Below are positions 28,580 through 38,582 of a DNA stretch of 48,945 nt, piece by piece; the first letter of the stretch is position 1; every line of letters starts with the position of its first letter. The notes under the pieces are model-generated. The model had not been told where the DNA came from. It did not search any database and was given only the letters and a program-made list of their open reading frames with translations. The stretch comes from an uncultured Sphingobacterium sp. (GTDB lineage: Bacteria; Bacteroidota; Bacteroidia; Sphingobacteriales; Sphingobacteriaceae): NCBI GenBank assembly GCA_964529165.1, contig CAZGWG010000003.1:1-48945 (forward strand), in the 5' to 3' direction. The position numbers and the translations under genes were made by a program.

Positions 28580-29805
28580 GAAGTATTAGCCTCATATTTT
28601 TTACTTTTTTATATTGTAATGCTGCGGCTGATACTTTTTATGTTGGATCAAAGCGCAGCCTCAAGACAATTAATTCTGCCATATTATCTGCTCAGAACGG
28701 AGATACGATACGTGTTGATCCAGGCCATTATATGGAGAAAAATCTGACTGTAAATAAACGAGTTGTCCTGATTGGACTTGACTATCCGATACTCGATGGT
28801 GAAAGAAAATATGAAATTATTTCAATTACAGCAGATGGGGCAGTAGTTGAAGGATTCAAGTTGATCCATAGTGGTATTTCAAGTTTAGAAGATCTGAGCG
28901 GAATAAAAGTTTACAATTGCAGGAATGTTGTAATAAAGAACAATATTCTTGAAGATACCTTTTTTGGTATTTATATCCAGAATGGGATAAACTGCAGTAT
29001 AGAAAATAATCGTCTCACTGCGATCAGTTCTGAAGAACAGCAGAGTGGGAACGGAATACATTGCTGGAAGGGGGATAGCCTGAAAATAATCGGGAATCAA
29101 ATAAAGGGGCACCGTGATGGGATTTACTTTGAGTTTGTTAAAAATTCTGTTATCTGGCGAAACGTATCAAAGGATAACCTTCGATATGGATTGCATTTCA
29201 TGTTCTCTAATGATGATATGTATGTAAATAATGTTTTTAGAAATAATGGCTCAGGTGTATCGGTAATGTACTCGAACCGGATTAAAATGTTTAGCAATTA
29301 TTTTGAAGAAAACTGGGGTGACGCTGCTCATGGAATTTTGCTCAAAGAAATTTCAGATGGCTTTATGGAGGGTAACTATTTCAAGAGGAATACCAGTGCG
29401 ATCTATATGGAGGGAGCCAATAGAATCTATATGAAGCGAAATGTTTTCGAGAACAATGGATGGGCTTTGAAAATTCAGGCGAGTTGTATGGATGTTGTGC
29501 TTGAACTGAATAATTTTATTGGTAATACATTTGATGTTGGAACCAATGGCTCTCTGGTTCTCAATCGATTCAATAATAATTACTGGGATAAGTACGATGG
29601 ATATGATCTTGATAAGGATAAGATTGGAGATATTCCTTATCGTCCGGTAAGTATGTACTCAATGATTGTTGAAAAATATCCTCCGGCAATGATCCTGTTC
29701 AGAAGCTTTATTACAAGTCTGCTGGATAAAACGGAAAAACTAATACCAAGCCTTACACCGGAAAATCTGAAAGATACTGCTCCGATGATGAAAAGAGCTT
29801 TTTAA
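28576..29805 (+). CDS. nosD: Nitrous oxide reductase maturation protein NosD
   Basis: Beta-helix repeats, GNGIHCW, HRDGIYFEF, RYGLHFMFS, NYWDKYDGYDLDKD; position within the nos cluster. Confidence 0.95.
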   Translation: MRSISLIFFTFLYCNAAADTFYVGSKRSLKTINSAILSAQNGDTIRVDPGHYMEKNLTVNKRVVLIGLDYPILDGERKYEIISITADGAVVEGFKLIHSGISSLEDLSGIKVYNCRNVVIKNNILEDTFFGIYIQNGINCSIENNRLTAISSEEQQSGNGIHCWKGDSLKIIGNQIKGHRDGIYFEFVKNSVIWRNVSKDNLRYGLHFMFSNDDMYVNNVFRNNGSGVSVMYSNRIKMFSNYFEENWGDAAHGILLKEISDGFMEGNYFKRNTSAIYMEGANRIYMKRNVFENNGWALKIQASCMDVVLELNNFIGNTFDVGTNGSLVLNRFNNNYWDKYDGYDLDKDKIGDIPYRPVSMYSMIVEKYPPAMILFRSFITSLLDKTEKLIPSLTPENLKDTAPMMKRAF

Positions 29806-29833
29806 ACAGGTTTGGGATGATTATGAATAAAGT

Positions 29834-30544
29834 ATGATTGAGTTAAAGAATATCAGCAAGAATTTTGGCAAACTGAGAGCACTGGATAGCATAACTACAA
29901 CCTGCAGCCAATCAGAATGTATAGCTCTGATCGGACCTAATGGTTGCGGTAAGACAAGCCTTATCAAAACAATTCTGGGTATGGTAGTGCCCGATACTGG
30001 CTCAATCACTTTTCAGGGGAAAGACATTCTCCATCATTGGCAATACAGGGATCAGATTGGCTATATGCCGCAAATAGGTCGTTATCCTGATAATATGAGC
30101 ATCGGACAGGTTTTGGGAATGATGAAAGATATTCGCGGCAAATCTGAACGCCTCGATGAAGACCTGATAAAGGCGTTTTCAATCAATAACTTATTGAACA
30201 AGCGTATGGGTACCTTGTCTGGTGGAACAATTCAGAAAGTAAGCGCAGCACTCGCCTTTTTATTTAATCCGCTCGTGCTGATTCTTGACGAACCAACTGC
30301 GGGACTTGATCCGGTAGCATCAGAACTTTTTAAAGAAAAGATCCTTGCAGAAAGGAATAAAGGTAAACTTGTTCTGATCACATCTCACATTTTGAGCGAT
30401 TTGGATGACCTGGTTACCCGGATTCTTTACATGCAGGATGGAAAACTTATTTTCCATAAGAGTATCGAAGAACTGAGAAGGGATACAGGAGAAGAAAGAC
30501 TGGTTAAATCAATTGCACAAGTCATGATAAGTAATTATGAATAA
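29834..30544 (+). CDS. nosF: ABC transporter ATP-binding protein NosF
   Basis: Walker A GPNGCGKT, LSGG, LILDEPT; lies between nosD and nosY. Confidence 0.9.
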   Translation: MIELKNISKNFGKLRALDSITTTCSQSECIALIGPNGCGKTSLIKTILGMVVPDTGSITFQGKDILHHWQYRDQIGYMPQIGRYPDNMSIGQVLGMMKDIRGKSERLDEDLIKAFSINNLLNKRMGTLSGGTIQKVSAALAFLFNPLVLILDEPTAGLDPVASELFKEKILAERNKGKLVLITSHILSDLDDLVTRILYMQDGKLIFHKSIEELRRDTGEERLVKSIAQVMISNYE

Positions 30545-31304
30545 GATAATAAAATATGTAATTACAGATATTCTGCGGAATAAAATAGTGCTGGTTTATA
30601 CTGTTTTTTTACTTGCTGCATCATTCAGTGTATTTAGTCTGGAGGACAATAGCAGTAAGGGCTTGCTAAGTTTATTGAATATAATTCTGATTGTTGTACC
30701 ATTGGTCAGCATCATATTTTCTACCATTTATATGTACAATTCTGTGGAGTTTATTGAGCTCCTGCTTAGTCAGCCTTTAAAAAGAAACACCATTTGGCTT
30801 AGTCTGTTCACGGGCTTAGCGGCTTCACTCTCAATCTCTTTTTTAATAGGAGTAGGTATTCCTGTTTTAATTTATCAGGCAAATCTGGTAGGTTTAACCA
30901 TGATCTTAACAGGGGTATTGCTTAGTATAATTTTTGCAGCTATTGCATTTTTAGCTACAGTAAAAACCCGGGATAAAGCCAAAGGAATCGGGGCTGCAAT
31001 TATGCTATGGTTATATTTTTCTTTATTGTTCGATGGATTGGTTTTATTTATATTGTTTCAATTCGCAGACTATCCCATGGAAAATGCAATGATAGCCTTA
31101 AGTGCCTTAAATCCCATTGACCTTAGCCGGATTCTGATTCTTCTCCAACTGGATGTTTCAGCCATGATGGGCTATACAGGTGCGGTATTTAAAGAGTTTT
31201 TTGGCACAAGCAATGGCCTTATATTTTCATTTTTTGTGCTCCTGTCCTGGATAGTGATACCAGTTTGGTATTCTACTCTTCAATTTAATTCTAAAGATTT
31301 GTGA
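30537..31304 (+). CDS. nosY: ABC transporter permease NosY
   Basis: Multi-TM, ELLLSQP..R, LNPIDL.R, AMMGYTGA; overlaps the nosF stop. Confidence 0.9.
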   Translation: MNKIIKYVITDILRNKIVLVYTVFLLAASFSVFSLEDNSSKGLLSLLNIILIVVPLVSIIFSTIYMYNSVEFIELLLSQPLKRNTIWLSLFTGLAASLSISFLIGVGIPVLIYQANLVGLTMILTGVLLSIIFAAIAFLATVKTRDKAKGIGAAIMLWLYFSLLFDGLVLFILFQFADYPMENAMIALSALNPIDLSRILILLQLDVSAMMGYTGAVFKEFFGTSNGLIFSFFVLLSWIVIPVWYSTLQFNSKDL

Positions 31305-31305
31305 T

Positions 31306-31746
31306 ATGAAAAGACATGAAGCACTTATTCCCTTGTCAAGGGAACATCATGGGACCCTGATTCTTGCACGTTTATTACGTTCAGATGCTCCGGCTTACAA
31401 GGGGCTTCCCCTTGAATCAAAAGCCAAAGCAGAATATGCAATGAAATATTATCGGGAAGAACTTCTGCAGCATTTTGAACAGGAAGAGAAAATGATACCA
31501 CTTCTCAAAGGTATCAATACCCGCTTAGATGAATTGCTAGCTTCCATGAAAACTGAACATGAGAGATTACATACCCTTTTTAATTCGATAAATTTAGATT
31601 TTGAACTTTCTCCTCAACTCGACAAGCTTGGAAGAAATCTCGAAAGTCATGTACGTAAGGAAGACCGTGAGATATTTCCCCTCATTCAGGAATGCTGTAC
31701 CGAAGAAGTATTGACTAAACTTGCTGTAATTCTTACTGAAAAGTAG
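31306..31746 (+). CDS. Hemerythrin-domain protein
   Basis: LSREHH, HFEQEE, EH and HVRKED..IFP di-iron ligand pattern. Confidence 0.88.
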   Translation: MKRHEALIPLSREHHGTLILARLLRSDAPAYKGLPLESKAKAEYAMKYYREELLQHFEQEEKMIPLLKGINTRLDELLASMKTEHERLHTLFNSINLDFELSPQLDKLGRNLESHVRKEDREIFPLIQECCTEEVLTKLAVILTEK

Positions 31747-31747
31747 C

Positions 31748-32143
31748 TTGAAAAAGGATCTCGAAACCAGGAAGGATATCGAGCTCATGGTGGATACTTT
31801 CTATCAGAAAGTACTAGCCGATAAGCAGCTTTACTTTATTTTTCAGGATGTTGCTATGGTAAATTGGGTAAAGCATATTCCCCTACTGTATAATTTCTGG
31901 GAAAATGTAATTCTGTTTACAGGCACTTATGAAGGTAATCCGGTAGATCTGCATAAGCATTTACATTTTATCAAGCCCCTTACTAAAACTCACTTTGATC
32001 GTTGGAACAGCCTGTTTATTCAAACGGTTAATCAATTGTTTGAAGGCCCGAATGCTGAACTGGCTAAAGAAAGAGCGATTAGTATTTCGGCGATTATAAG
32101 AGACAAAGTATTAGTATTTCATAACAGGCCTGAAAGCAGTTGA
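31748..32143 (+). CDS. Group III truncated hemoglobin
   Basis: DIELMVDTFY, W..H....NFW, Y.GNP...H, HFDRW..LF..TV...F.G..A..A..RA; TTG start. Confidence 0.9.
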   Translation: MKKDLETRKDIELMVDTFYQKVLADKQLYFIFQDVAMVNWVKHIPLLYNFWENVILFTGTYEGNPVDLHKHLHFIKPLTKTHFDRWNSLFIQTVNQLFEGPNAELAKERAISISAIIRDKVLVFHNRPESS

Positions 32144-32154
32144 AAAATGCGGAA

Positions 32155-33090
32155 TCATTTATTCAACAAACTTGGTAAAACTCCATATTTCTTTTTAAAT
32201 GCAGCACTAAAGTGGTGTGAATTCTTATATCCTACTTCGCTTGAAACGTAGCTAACCGGTCTTTTCTCTTCTGTGAGTAAACGCTTAGCTTCCTGCATTC
32301 TCAGGTCATTAAGATGCCCGAAAACGGTTGTGCCAAATAATTCCTTAAATCCCTTTTTGAGTTTGAAATCATTCAATCCAACTTTGTGTGCCAGTTCGAT
32401 CAGTGAGCAAGGAGTTTTGATGTTCTCCTCAATCAGGGACCTGGCTTCAATAACTTTTTTAATATCGTAATCCCTTAAAAAAGGCTCAGAATTAGGTAGA
32501 ATGACTGGTTTTTGCCTTTCTAATTGTAAAAGCAATAATTGAAGTACCTGGGTTTCCATGAAAATGCGTTTCATAGTGTTGGTATACCTGCATTCCATCA
32601 AGGAATTCAAAATCAGTTGTATCGGCGGACTAATTTCTGTTATTGTCCCTTCCTGAACGAAAAGATGATCAGGAATAAGACGATTGTAACATTTTTCGGT
32701 TAGAAATATAATGAGAAGTTTGGAGGGTTCTTGCAGCTCATTTTCCATTGAACAAGCTGGAATGGGTAAATATATACATTTCTGCGAATGCAATTTTATA
32801 TTGTAGTTCTTCTCAGTACAAGTACATTTCAGACAGCCATCAATACAAAACATCATCATGAACAGGGGAGTGTCTGTTTCAAAAAGGAGCATGCCGGGTT
32901 TTATTGGGTTAAACTCGGCATTAAGGATTTGTATGCCTTCGAACCAGTTTTCTGAAATGTACATTTCTCCGGCGTGGTACCTGAATGAACTTTCTGATTC
33001 TTCCAGTCCCTTTGCGGAAATGAATTCCTCTGGGTATTCTTTGTCAAATAACTCTATACCACTTACGAGGTCCCTAATCTTTATCTGCAT
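32155..33090 (-). CDS. AraC family transcriptional regulator (PchR-like)
   Basis: C-terminal ELAHKVGLNDFKLKKGFKELFGTTVF...VGYKNSHHFSAAFKKKYG; divergent from the TonB receptor. Confidence 0.92.
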   Translation of the reverse strand: MQIKIRDLVSGIELFDKEYPEEFISAKGLEESESSFRYHAGEMYISENWFEGIQILNAEFNPIKPGMLLFETDTPLFMMMFCIDGCLKCTCTEKNYNIKLHSQKCIYLPIPACSMENELQEPSKLLIIFLTEKCYNRLIPDHLFVQEGTITEISPPIQLILNSLMECRYTNTMKRIFMETQVLQLLLLQLERQKPVILPNSEPFLRDYDIKKVIEARSLIEENIKTPCSLIELAHKVGLNDFKLKKGFKELFGTTVFGHLNDLRMQEAKRLLTEEKRPVSYVSSEVGYKNSHHFSAAFKKKYGVLPSLLNK

Positions 33091-33131
33091 TAAAAATCCG
33101 TTTGACGTTTATTAAAAATCCCGATTGCGTT
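33089..33131 (+). promoter_or_regulatory. Tandem direct repeat ATTAAAAATCC-N6-CGTT x2 (probable AraC operator)
   Basis: Copies at 33089-33109 and 33111-33131, period 22 bp, upstream of the -7-like CAAATTTG (33155-33162). Confidence 0.65.
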
Positions 33132-33168
33132 AACAGTTCATCTATATAATGCTTCAAATTTGCATAAA

Positions 33169-33191
33169 TTATTTTTAATTAGTCTAAATAA
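33169..33191. promoter_or_regulatory. Probable iron-repressor (Fur-type) box TTATTTTTAATTAGTCTAAATAA
   Basis: AT-rich imperfect palindrome just downstream of the promoter-like element of a heme uptake operon. Resembles the TTATTTAGA-N5-TCTAAATAA pattern seen before Bacteroidota iron genes. Confidence 0.6.
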
Positions 33192-33280
33192 AATTAATTA
33201 GTGCCTAAAAGCACGAGGAATTGGGACTCAGAGTGACTTAGAAGATTTAATTGGCATCAACAGAATAATTTATAAACAAA

Positions 33281-35554
33281 ATGAAAATTTATATCAGTCT
33301 CATTGGAGTAATCATTATGCTAAACTCTGTTATTGCTCAGGAAAAAGCAGGAACAATTGGGGGTAAGATTATTTTATCTGATGGGAAACCTGCTGCAGCA
33401 GTGAGGGTACAGTTGAAAGGCACAAGATTCAAGAGTGTTACAGATAAGGCCGGAACTTTCCAAATTCAGGCACCAGCAGGTGTTTATACGCTTGTTTACG
33501 GCTTCCCGGTACAGTTCGAACAGGACTCAGTGCTGGTAGCTTCAGAAAAGCTTACTGAGATATCTCCATTAAAAATTGCTGATAAGAATATAAATCTGGA
33601 TGAGGTGGTTGTTACAGGGCAGTTTGAAGCCCGTTCGTTGAGAAATTCAGTGTATCGTGTTCGGACAATCAGTAATGACCTTATTAGGCTCAGGGCAGCA
33701 AATAACCTGGAAAGTATTTTAAATACAGAACTTGGAATCAGATTTTCAAATGATCTGACCCTGGGCGAATCGGATATACAGTTGATGGGAATGTCGGGAC
33801 AAAATGTGAAGATACTAATTGATGGTATTCCATTGGTAGAGCGAGGTGCTACAAGACCGGGTATCAGTCAGATTGATGTCGATACAATTGAGCGGATAGA
33901 GATTGTTGAAGGGCCCATGTCCGTAGTTTACGGGACTGATGCACTTGCTGGAGTAATTAATCTGATCACCAGGAAAGGGACAGGTAGGGAAGAACTGTCT
34001 TTCACTGCAAGGATTCAGGAAGAAAGTGTTGGAGATGAGTATAATAGTTTTGACAATAAAGGCAGTCATAACGGGAATGCCGGACTTAGCTGGGAGAAGG
34101 GCCCCTGGCAGATATCTGCATCTGGTACACGTAATAATTTTGGCGGCTGGACAGGCAGTGCAACTGGAAGACAAAGGGAGTGGAATCCAAAAGATCAGTG
34201 GCTGGCAAATAGCCGGCTGGCATTTCATAAATCTAATTTTAACATTTGGTACCGCCTGGATTATCTTAATGAGAATATTTATAGTCGTGGTCCCCTCAAT
34301 ACAAATAATTACCGGGCAAGGGATCAGGATTATATAACCGATCGCTTCACTCATCAAGTTCAGGCTGAATGGCAGATCAACAACAATTTAAGCTTCAATA
34401 CCTCGGCCTCATATCAGGATTATCGTAGAAATACCCATACCACTATTCTGGATGCTACCACGGGTAAGCGTGAACTATCAACAGGAGATGGCGAACAGGA
34501 TAGGGCAGGCTTTGACAGTAAATTCTTTCGCGGGACTTTTCAATATAAACTAAGTCCGGTTGTTTCATTACAACCGGGGCTTGAACTTAGTTTGAATTCG
34601 GGAAGCGGACAAAGAATCAATGGTAATCCTTCAATTAATGATTATGCTCTTTTTCTGTCATCGGAAATACTTCCATTGAAAGGAATCAGCATAAGACCTG
34701 GCTTGAGGTTCAGTGAAAATTCAGTATATGATGCTCCGAAACTGATCCCCTCAGTGAATACAAAATTCAATTTGGGTAGTGATTTTGATTTGCGCTTGGC
34801 TTATGCAAGGGGATTTCGTGCTCCTGCATTGAGGGAACTTTATTTTAGCTTCTTTGATGCCAGTCATTCCATTCAGGGAAATGAGAATCTTAAGGCGGAG
34901 TATTCAAACAGTTTCAATGGATATCTGTCCTGGCAACCAACTGCAAAGGCTAAGCTGAGCCTGAGTTCTACATTCGGCGCTTTTTACAATCGGTTTAATA
35001 ATCAGATTACAACCGGTTATCTGCCTGGAAATAATACCGTGGTAACTTATATCAATATTGAGAAATTCCGCACTCAGGGATTTACCCTTGAAAACAAGAT
35101 CCGCTGGAAAAATATACAGGGAATGCTTGGCTTTTCCTATATAGGCCGCTTCAATAGATTATCTGAGCAGGAAAGTCTGCCATCAGTCATGTGGTCGCCA
35201 GAAATAAACAGTAATCTTATTTATAACCTGCCAAATTCAGGTGCTTCAGTCAGTCTTTTTTATAAATACAGTGGTAAAAGACCTGCTTATCAGGTGATTA
35301 ATGCAAACGGTATTGAACAAATTACTTTAAGCAGTATTGACGGTTTCAATATGGCAGACCTGAGTTTAAACAAAAATCTGACTAAGTATCTCAGCCTCTC
35401 AGGTGGCGTAAGAAATATATTCAATGTCACCAGAATACAAAATTCTCTTTCAGACACCGGGGGAGCGCACAGTACCGGTGGTCCTGTTCCTGTGGCCTAT
35501 GGGCGCTCTTATTTTTTGGGGATGAATATCAAATTAACAAGAATAAATAAATAG
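33281..35554 (+). CDS. TonB-dependent heme receptor (HmuR-like)
   Basis: N-terminal carboxypeptidase-regulatory-like domain, LDEVVVTG, plug IERIEIVEGPMSVVYGTDALAGVINLIT, FRAP motif, terminal GRSYFLGM; followed by hmuY and a heme ABC transporter. Confidence 0.9.
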   Translation: MKIYISLIGVIIMLNSVIAQEKAGTIGGKIILSDGKPAAAVRVQLKGTRFKSVTDKAGTFQIQAPAGVYTLVYGFPVQFEQDSVLVASEKLTEISPLKIADKNINLDEVVVTGQFEARSLRNSVYRVRTISNDLIRLRAANNLESILNTELGIRFSNDLTLGESDIQLMGMSGQNVKILIDGIPLVERGATRPGISQIDVDTIERIEIVEGPMSVVYGTDALAGVINLITRKGTGREELSFTARIQEESVGDEYNSFDNKGSHNGNAGLSWEKGPWQISASGTRNNFGGWTGSATGRQREWNPKDQWLANSRLAFHKSNFNIWYRLDYLNENIYSRGPLNTNNYRARDQDYITDRFTHQVQAEWQINNNLSFNTSASYQDYRRNTHTTILDATTGKRELSTGDGEQDRAGFDSKFFRGTFQYKLSPVVSLQPGLELSLNSGSGQRINGNPSINDYALFLSSEILPLKGISIRPGLRFSENSVYDAPKLIPSVNTKFNLGSDFDLRLAYARGFRAPALRELYFSFFDASHSIQGNENLKAEYSNSFNGYLSWQPTAKAKLSLSSTFGAFYNRFNNQITTGYLPGNNTVVTYINIEKFRTQGFTLENKIRWKNIQGMLGFSYIGRFNRLSEQESLPSVMWSPEINSNLIYNLPNSGASVSLFYKYSGKRPAYQVINANGIEQITLSSIDGFNMADLSLNKNLTKYLSLSGGVRNIFNVTRIQNSLSDTGGAHSTGGPVPVAYGRSYFLGMNIKLTRINK

Positions 35555-35583
35555 TAAAAGACAATTAAATATACAATCAAATT

Positions 35584-36636
35584 ATGAACAAAGTATCGAA
35601 ATTCTTAGTGTTAATAGGTTTTGCAGGCATTATGACCTCCTGCGGTGATAAGGAAGATCCAATTATTGTTGCTCCTGTTTCGCAAGGCAGTAAACTGACT
35701 CTTGATGGTGGCGAGGGTGGTGCAAGTGCGGTGAATAGTGTGTTCGTAGATTTTAGTGAAGATAAGCAAACTTCAGTAGCCAGGGCAGCCTGGGATCTTG
35801 GATTTTACAGTGGATCGGATGATTTCAAGGTAATTATCAATCATTCAACCGGTGCAGCAGCAAAACAATTGGACAAGACTGATTTAAATCAGGTGACAGC
35901 TCAGGATACGATTGCATTGGCTTTATCCGGAGAATTGAACCTCGGACAAGGTTCAGGTACCTTTGAAAGAATTGACCCCGTTGAAGGTGTCCGTTCAACC
36001 TATCTTTCAGGAACAGTAATTAAGACCGTATCAGCTACCGAGTCAGAAAATAAAGTATATATCTATGCTCGCGGAACCTCTGGAGCGGCAAACCGTGGCT
36101 GGCAAAAAATACGCATTATTCGAAATGGCAGCGGTTATACTTTACAATATGCAAAGATCAACGAAACCACTTTTAAAACCCTGAATATATCAAAGGATGC
36201 TGCCTATAATTTCAATTTTATCTCTTTTGAAAAGGGAATACTAAATGTTGAACCAGCAAAAAATGCGTGGGATATAGCATGGGGATTAAGCACCTATAAA
36301 GCCAGCCCGACTATTCCTTATACCTTTTCAGATTTTGTGCTGATAAATTTTGTTGGTGGTGTTGAGGCGGCTGAGGTTCTCACAAGTACGGTTTCTTATG
36401 CAGATTTTAAAGAGAGCAATCTTTCATCCATTACTTTCCAGGGTAAGAGGGAAGTAATTGCAGGAAACTGGAGAGTAACATCAGGAGGAACCGTTGGTGT
36501 TAAAACGGATCGCTTTTATGTGGTTAAAGATGCAGCTGGGAATATCTACAAATTGAAATTTATCAGTTTTCATGCCAATGATGGTGGAGAAAGAGGTAAA
36601 CCCGTTATTGAATATGCACTAGTTAAGAAAGCTTAA
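35584..36636 (+). CDS. hmuY: HmuY family lipoprotein
   Basis: Lipobox MTSC, WDLGF, EP....WDIAW, FYVVKD..GNIYKLKF, GERG.P; located between the TonB receptor and the heme ABC genes. Confidence 0.82.
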   Translation: MNKVSKFLVLIGFAGIMTSCGDKEDPIIVAPVSQGSKLTLDGGEGGASAVNSVFVDFSEDKQTSVARAAWDLGFYSGSDDFKVIINHSTGAAAKQLDKTDLNQVTAQDTIALALSGELNLGQGSGTFERIDPVEGVRSTYLSGTVIKTVSATESENKVYIYARGTSGAANRGWQKIRIIRNGSGYTLQYAKINETTFKTLNISKDAAYNFNFISFEKGILNVEPAKNAWDIAWGLSTYKASPTIPYTFSDFVLINFVGGVEAAEVLTSTVSYADFKESNLSSITFQGKREVIAGNWRVTSGGTVGVKTDRFYVVKDAAGNIYKLKFISFHANDGGERGKPVIEYALVKKA

Positions 36637-36669
36637 TCCAGGATATAAATTCTCTCAAAACACAAGTAT

Positions 36670-37527
36670 ATGAACAAACTAATTTTAGCCTTTATATTTT
36701 CAGCATTAGCTTTTTCGGGATGTAATAATTCAGCAAAACAAAGTGCTGATCAGATAGCAGATACGATTAAGATCGTCTCCCTGAATGGAACACTTACAGA
36801 GGTTCTTTCTGGTCTTGGCTTGGAGCAGAATATTGTAGGAGTGGATGTAACCAGTACCTATCCTGTCAGTATTCAATCTAAGCCAAAGCTTGGGCATAAC
36901 CGAAATATCGCTGCTGAGGGTGTTATTGCATTGCAACCCGATGTGGTTCTGGGTTTAAAGAAAGATTTTAATCCTACTCTTGCAGAGCAATTTAGAAGTG
37001 CCGGTACCAGATTAATTCTTTTTGATCAGGAATACAGCCCGGCTGGTACCAAAGCTCTAATCAATGCTATTACTGACAGCCTCAAGGTTTCTAAAGCAAA
37101 AGCTGATTCATTAATAAAACAGCTCGATGCCGACCTTACACATGTAGGTCAGCATGCAGAACCTAAACCGAAGGTTTTGTTCATTTATGCAAGAGGAACC
37201 GGCACCATGATGGTTGCCGGAGAGGATACCAATGTTGAAGATATTATTGAACTGGCCGGTGGACAGAATGCAGTCAGTGGCTTTAAAGATTTTAAACCTC
37301 TGACAGCCGAATCTTTAGTAGAGGCAAATCCTGATGTGATTCTTCTGTTTGATTCAGGTTTGCAAAGTCTTGGCGGGGTTGAAGGACTTCTTAAGGTTCA
37401 GGGAGTGAATCAAACTAATGCCGGAAAGAACAAGAAGATAGTTGAAATGGACGGACAATTCCTGACCGGTTTTGGACCGAGATTAGGTAAAGCCGTAGCC
37501 GAACTATCGCAAAAAATAAAGAAATGA
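36670..37527 (+). CDS. hmuT: Hemin ABC transporter substrate-binding lipoprotein
   Basis: IVSLNGTLTE, VGVDVTSTYP, AEGVIALQPD, LTAESL, GFGPR. Confidence 0.88.
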   Translation: MNKLILAFIFSALAFSGCNNSAKQSADQIADTIKIVSLNGTLTEVLSGLGLEQNIVGVDVTSTYPVSIQSKPKLGHNRNIAAEGVIALQPDVVLGLKKDFNPTLAEQFRSAGTRLILFDQEYSPAGTKALINAITDSLKVSKAKADSLIKQLDADLTHVGQHAEPKPKVLFIYARGTGTMMVAGEDTNVEDIIELAGGQNAVSGFKDFKPLTAESLVEANPDVILLFDSGLQSLGGVEGLLKVQGVNQTNAGKNKKIVEMDGQFLTGFGPRLGKAVAELSQKIKK

Positions 37528-38582
37528 CTTTGAGAATCAGAACGGATCTGATTTTTATACTGCTGGCCGGTAGCTTGCTTGTAGTTGCTATTATCTCATC
37601 CTGCCTGGGTGCTGTACATATCAGTTTAACAGAATTTTATTCTTTGATTTTGAATAAGACAGGGTTGAGCTCCGAGATTAATTACAAACCACAGCAGGCT
37701 GCGGTACTCCTTACCCTTCGTTTACCCAGAGTGGTACTCGGGGTTCTGGTTGGAGCAGCTCTGGCAATTTCTGGTGCGGCTATGCAGGGTCTGTTCAGGA
37801 ATCCGTTAGCTGATCCCGGACTAATAGGTATATCTTCAGGAGCATCTCTTTTTGCAGTATTGATGATCGTGATGGAAGTTAAATTATTCAGTGTAATAAC
37901 AGGTTTTCTTGGATATTATGCCCTCTCAATTGCGGCATTTGCCGGGGCATGTATCACAACTTTTCTGGTATATCGTTTATCCATGAATCAGGGAAAGACA
38001 GTGGTTACGACACTGCTTCTGGCGGGTATTGCAATCAATGCCTTGTCTGGCGCATTCACCGGCTTACTTACATACCTGGCTACAGATGAAGAACTCAGGA
38101 GTATTACCTTCTGGGGCCTGGGCAGTCTTGGAGGGGCCAGTTGGAGTACTGTAACTGGTATTCTACCATTTGTCTTAATCCCGTTATTTATACTGCCATT
38201 ACTTGCCAAACCACTTAATGCACTGGCATTGGGCGAATCGCAGGCCGGGCATATGGGCATTAATGTCGATCGTCTGAAAAAGGTCATTATTGTGCTCGCA
38301 ACCATGGCTGTAGGAGCCTGTGTTGCAGTCAGTGGGATTATTGGTTTTATAAGTCTTGTGATACCTCATATTCTGAGGATGGCTTTCGGTCCGGATCATA
38401 GAACAGTACTCCCGGCTTCAGCTTTACTGGGAGCGGCTGTTTTAACTCTGGCAGACCTGATTTCAAGGACTATTGTCGCTCCAGCCGAACTCCCGATAGG
38501 GATATTAACCGCATTGCTGGGCACCCCAATATTTATCTACATTATTTTTTCGGAACGAAAGAAGAATTTTCAATCATCATGA
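37524..38582 (+). CDS. hmuU: Hemin ABC transporter permease (FecCD family)
   Basis: LRLPR, QGLFRNPLADPGLIGISSGA, LGE..A.HMG, ELPIGILTALLG.P. Confidence 0.92.
   Translation: MTLRIRTDLIFILLAGSLLVVAIISSCLGAVHISLTEFYSLILNKTGLSSEINYKPQQAAVLLTLRLPRVVLGVLVGAALAISGAAMQGLFRNPLADPGLIGISSGASLFAVLMIVMEVKLFSVITGFLGYYALSIAAFAGACITTFLVYRLSMNQGKTVVTTLLLAGIAINALSGAFTGLLTYLATDEELRSITFWGLGSLGGASWSTVTGILPFVLIPLFILPLLAKPLNALALGESQAGHMGINVDRLKKVIIVLATMAVGACVAVSGIIGFISLVIPHILRMAFGPDHRTVLPASALLGAAVLTLADLISRTIVAPAELPIGILTALLGTPIFIYIIFSERKKNFQSS

Noticed and set aside
33815-34357. 180-aa antisense ORF inside the TonB receptor, and similar 60-125 aa shadow ORFs throughout the window
   Set aside because: Fully nested in well-supported genes with no recognisable motifs.
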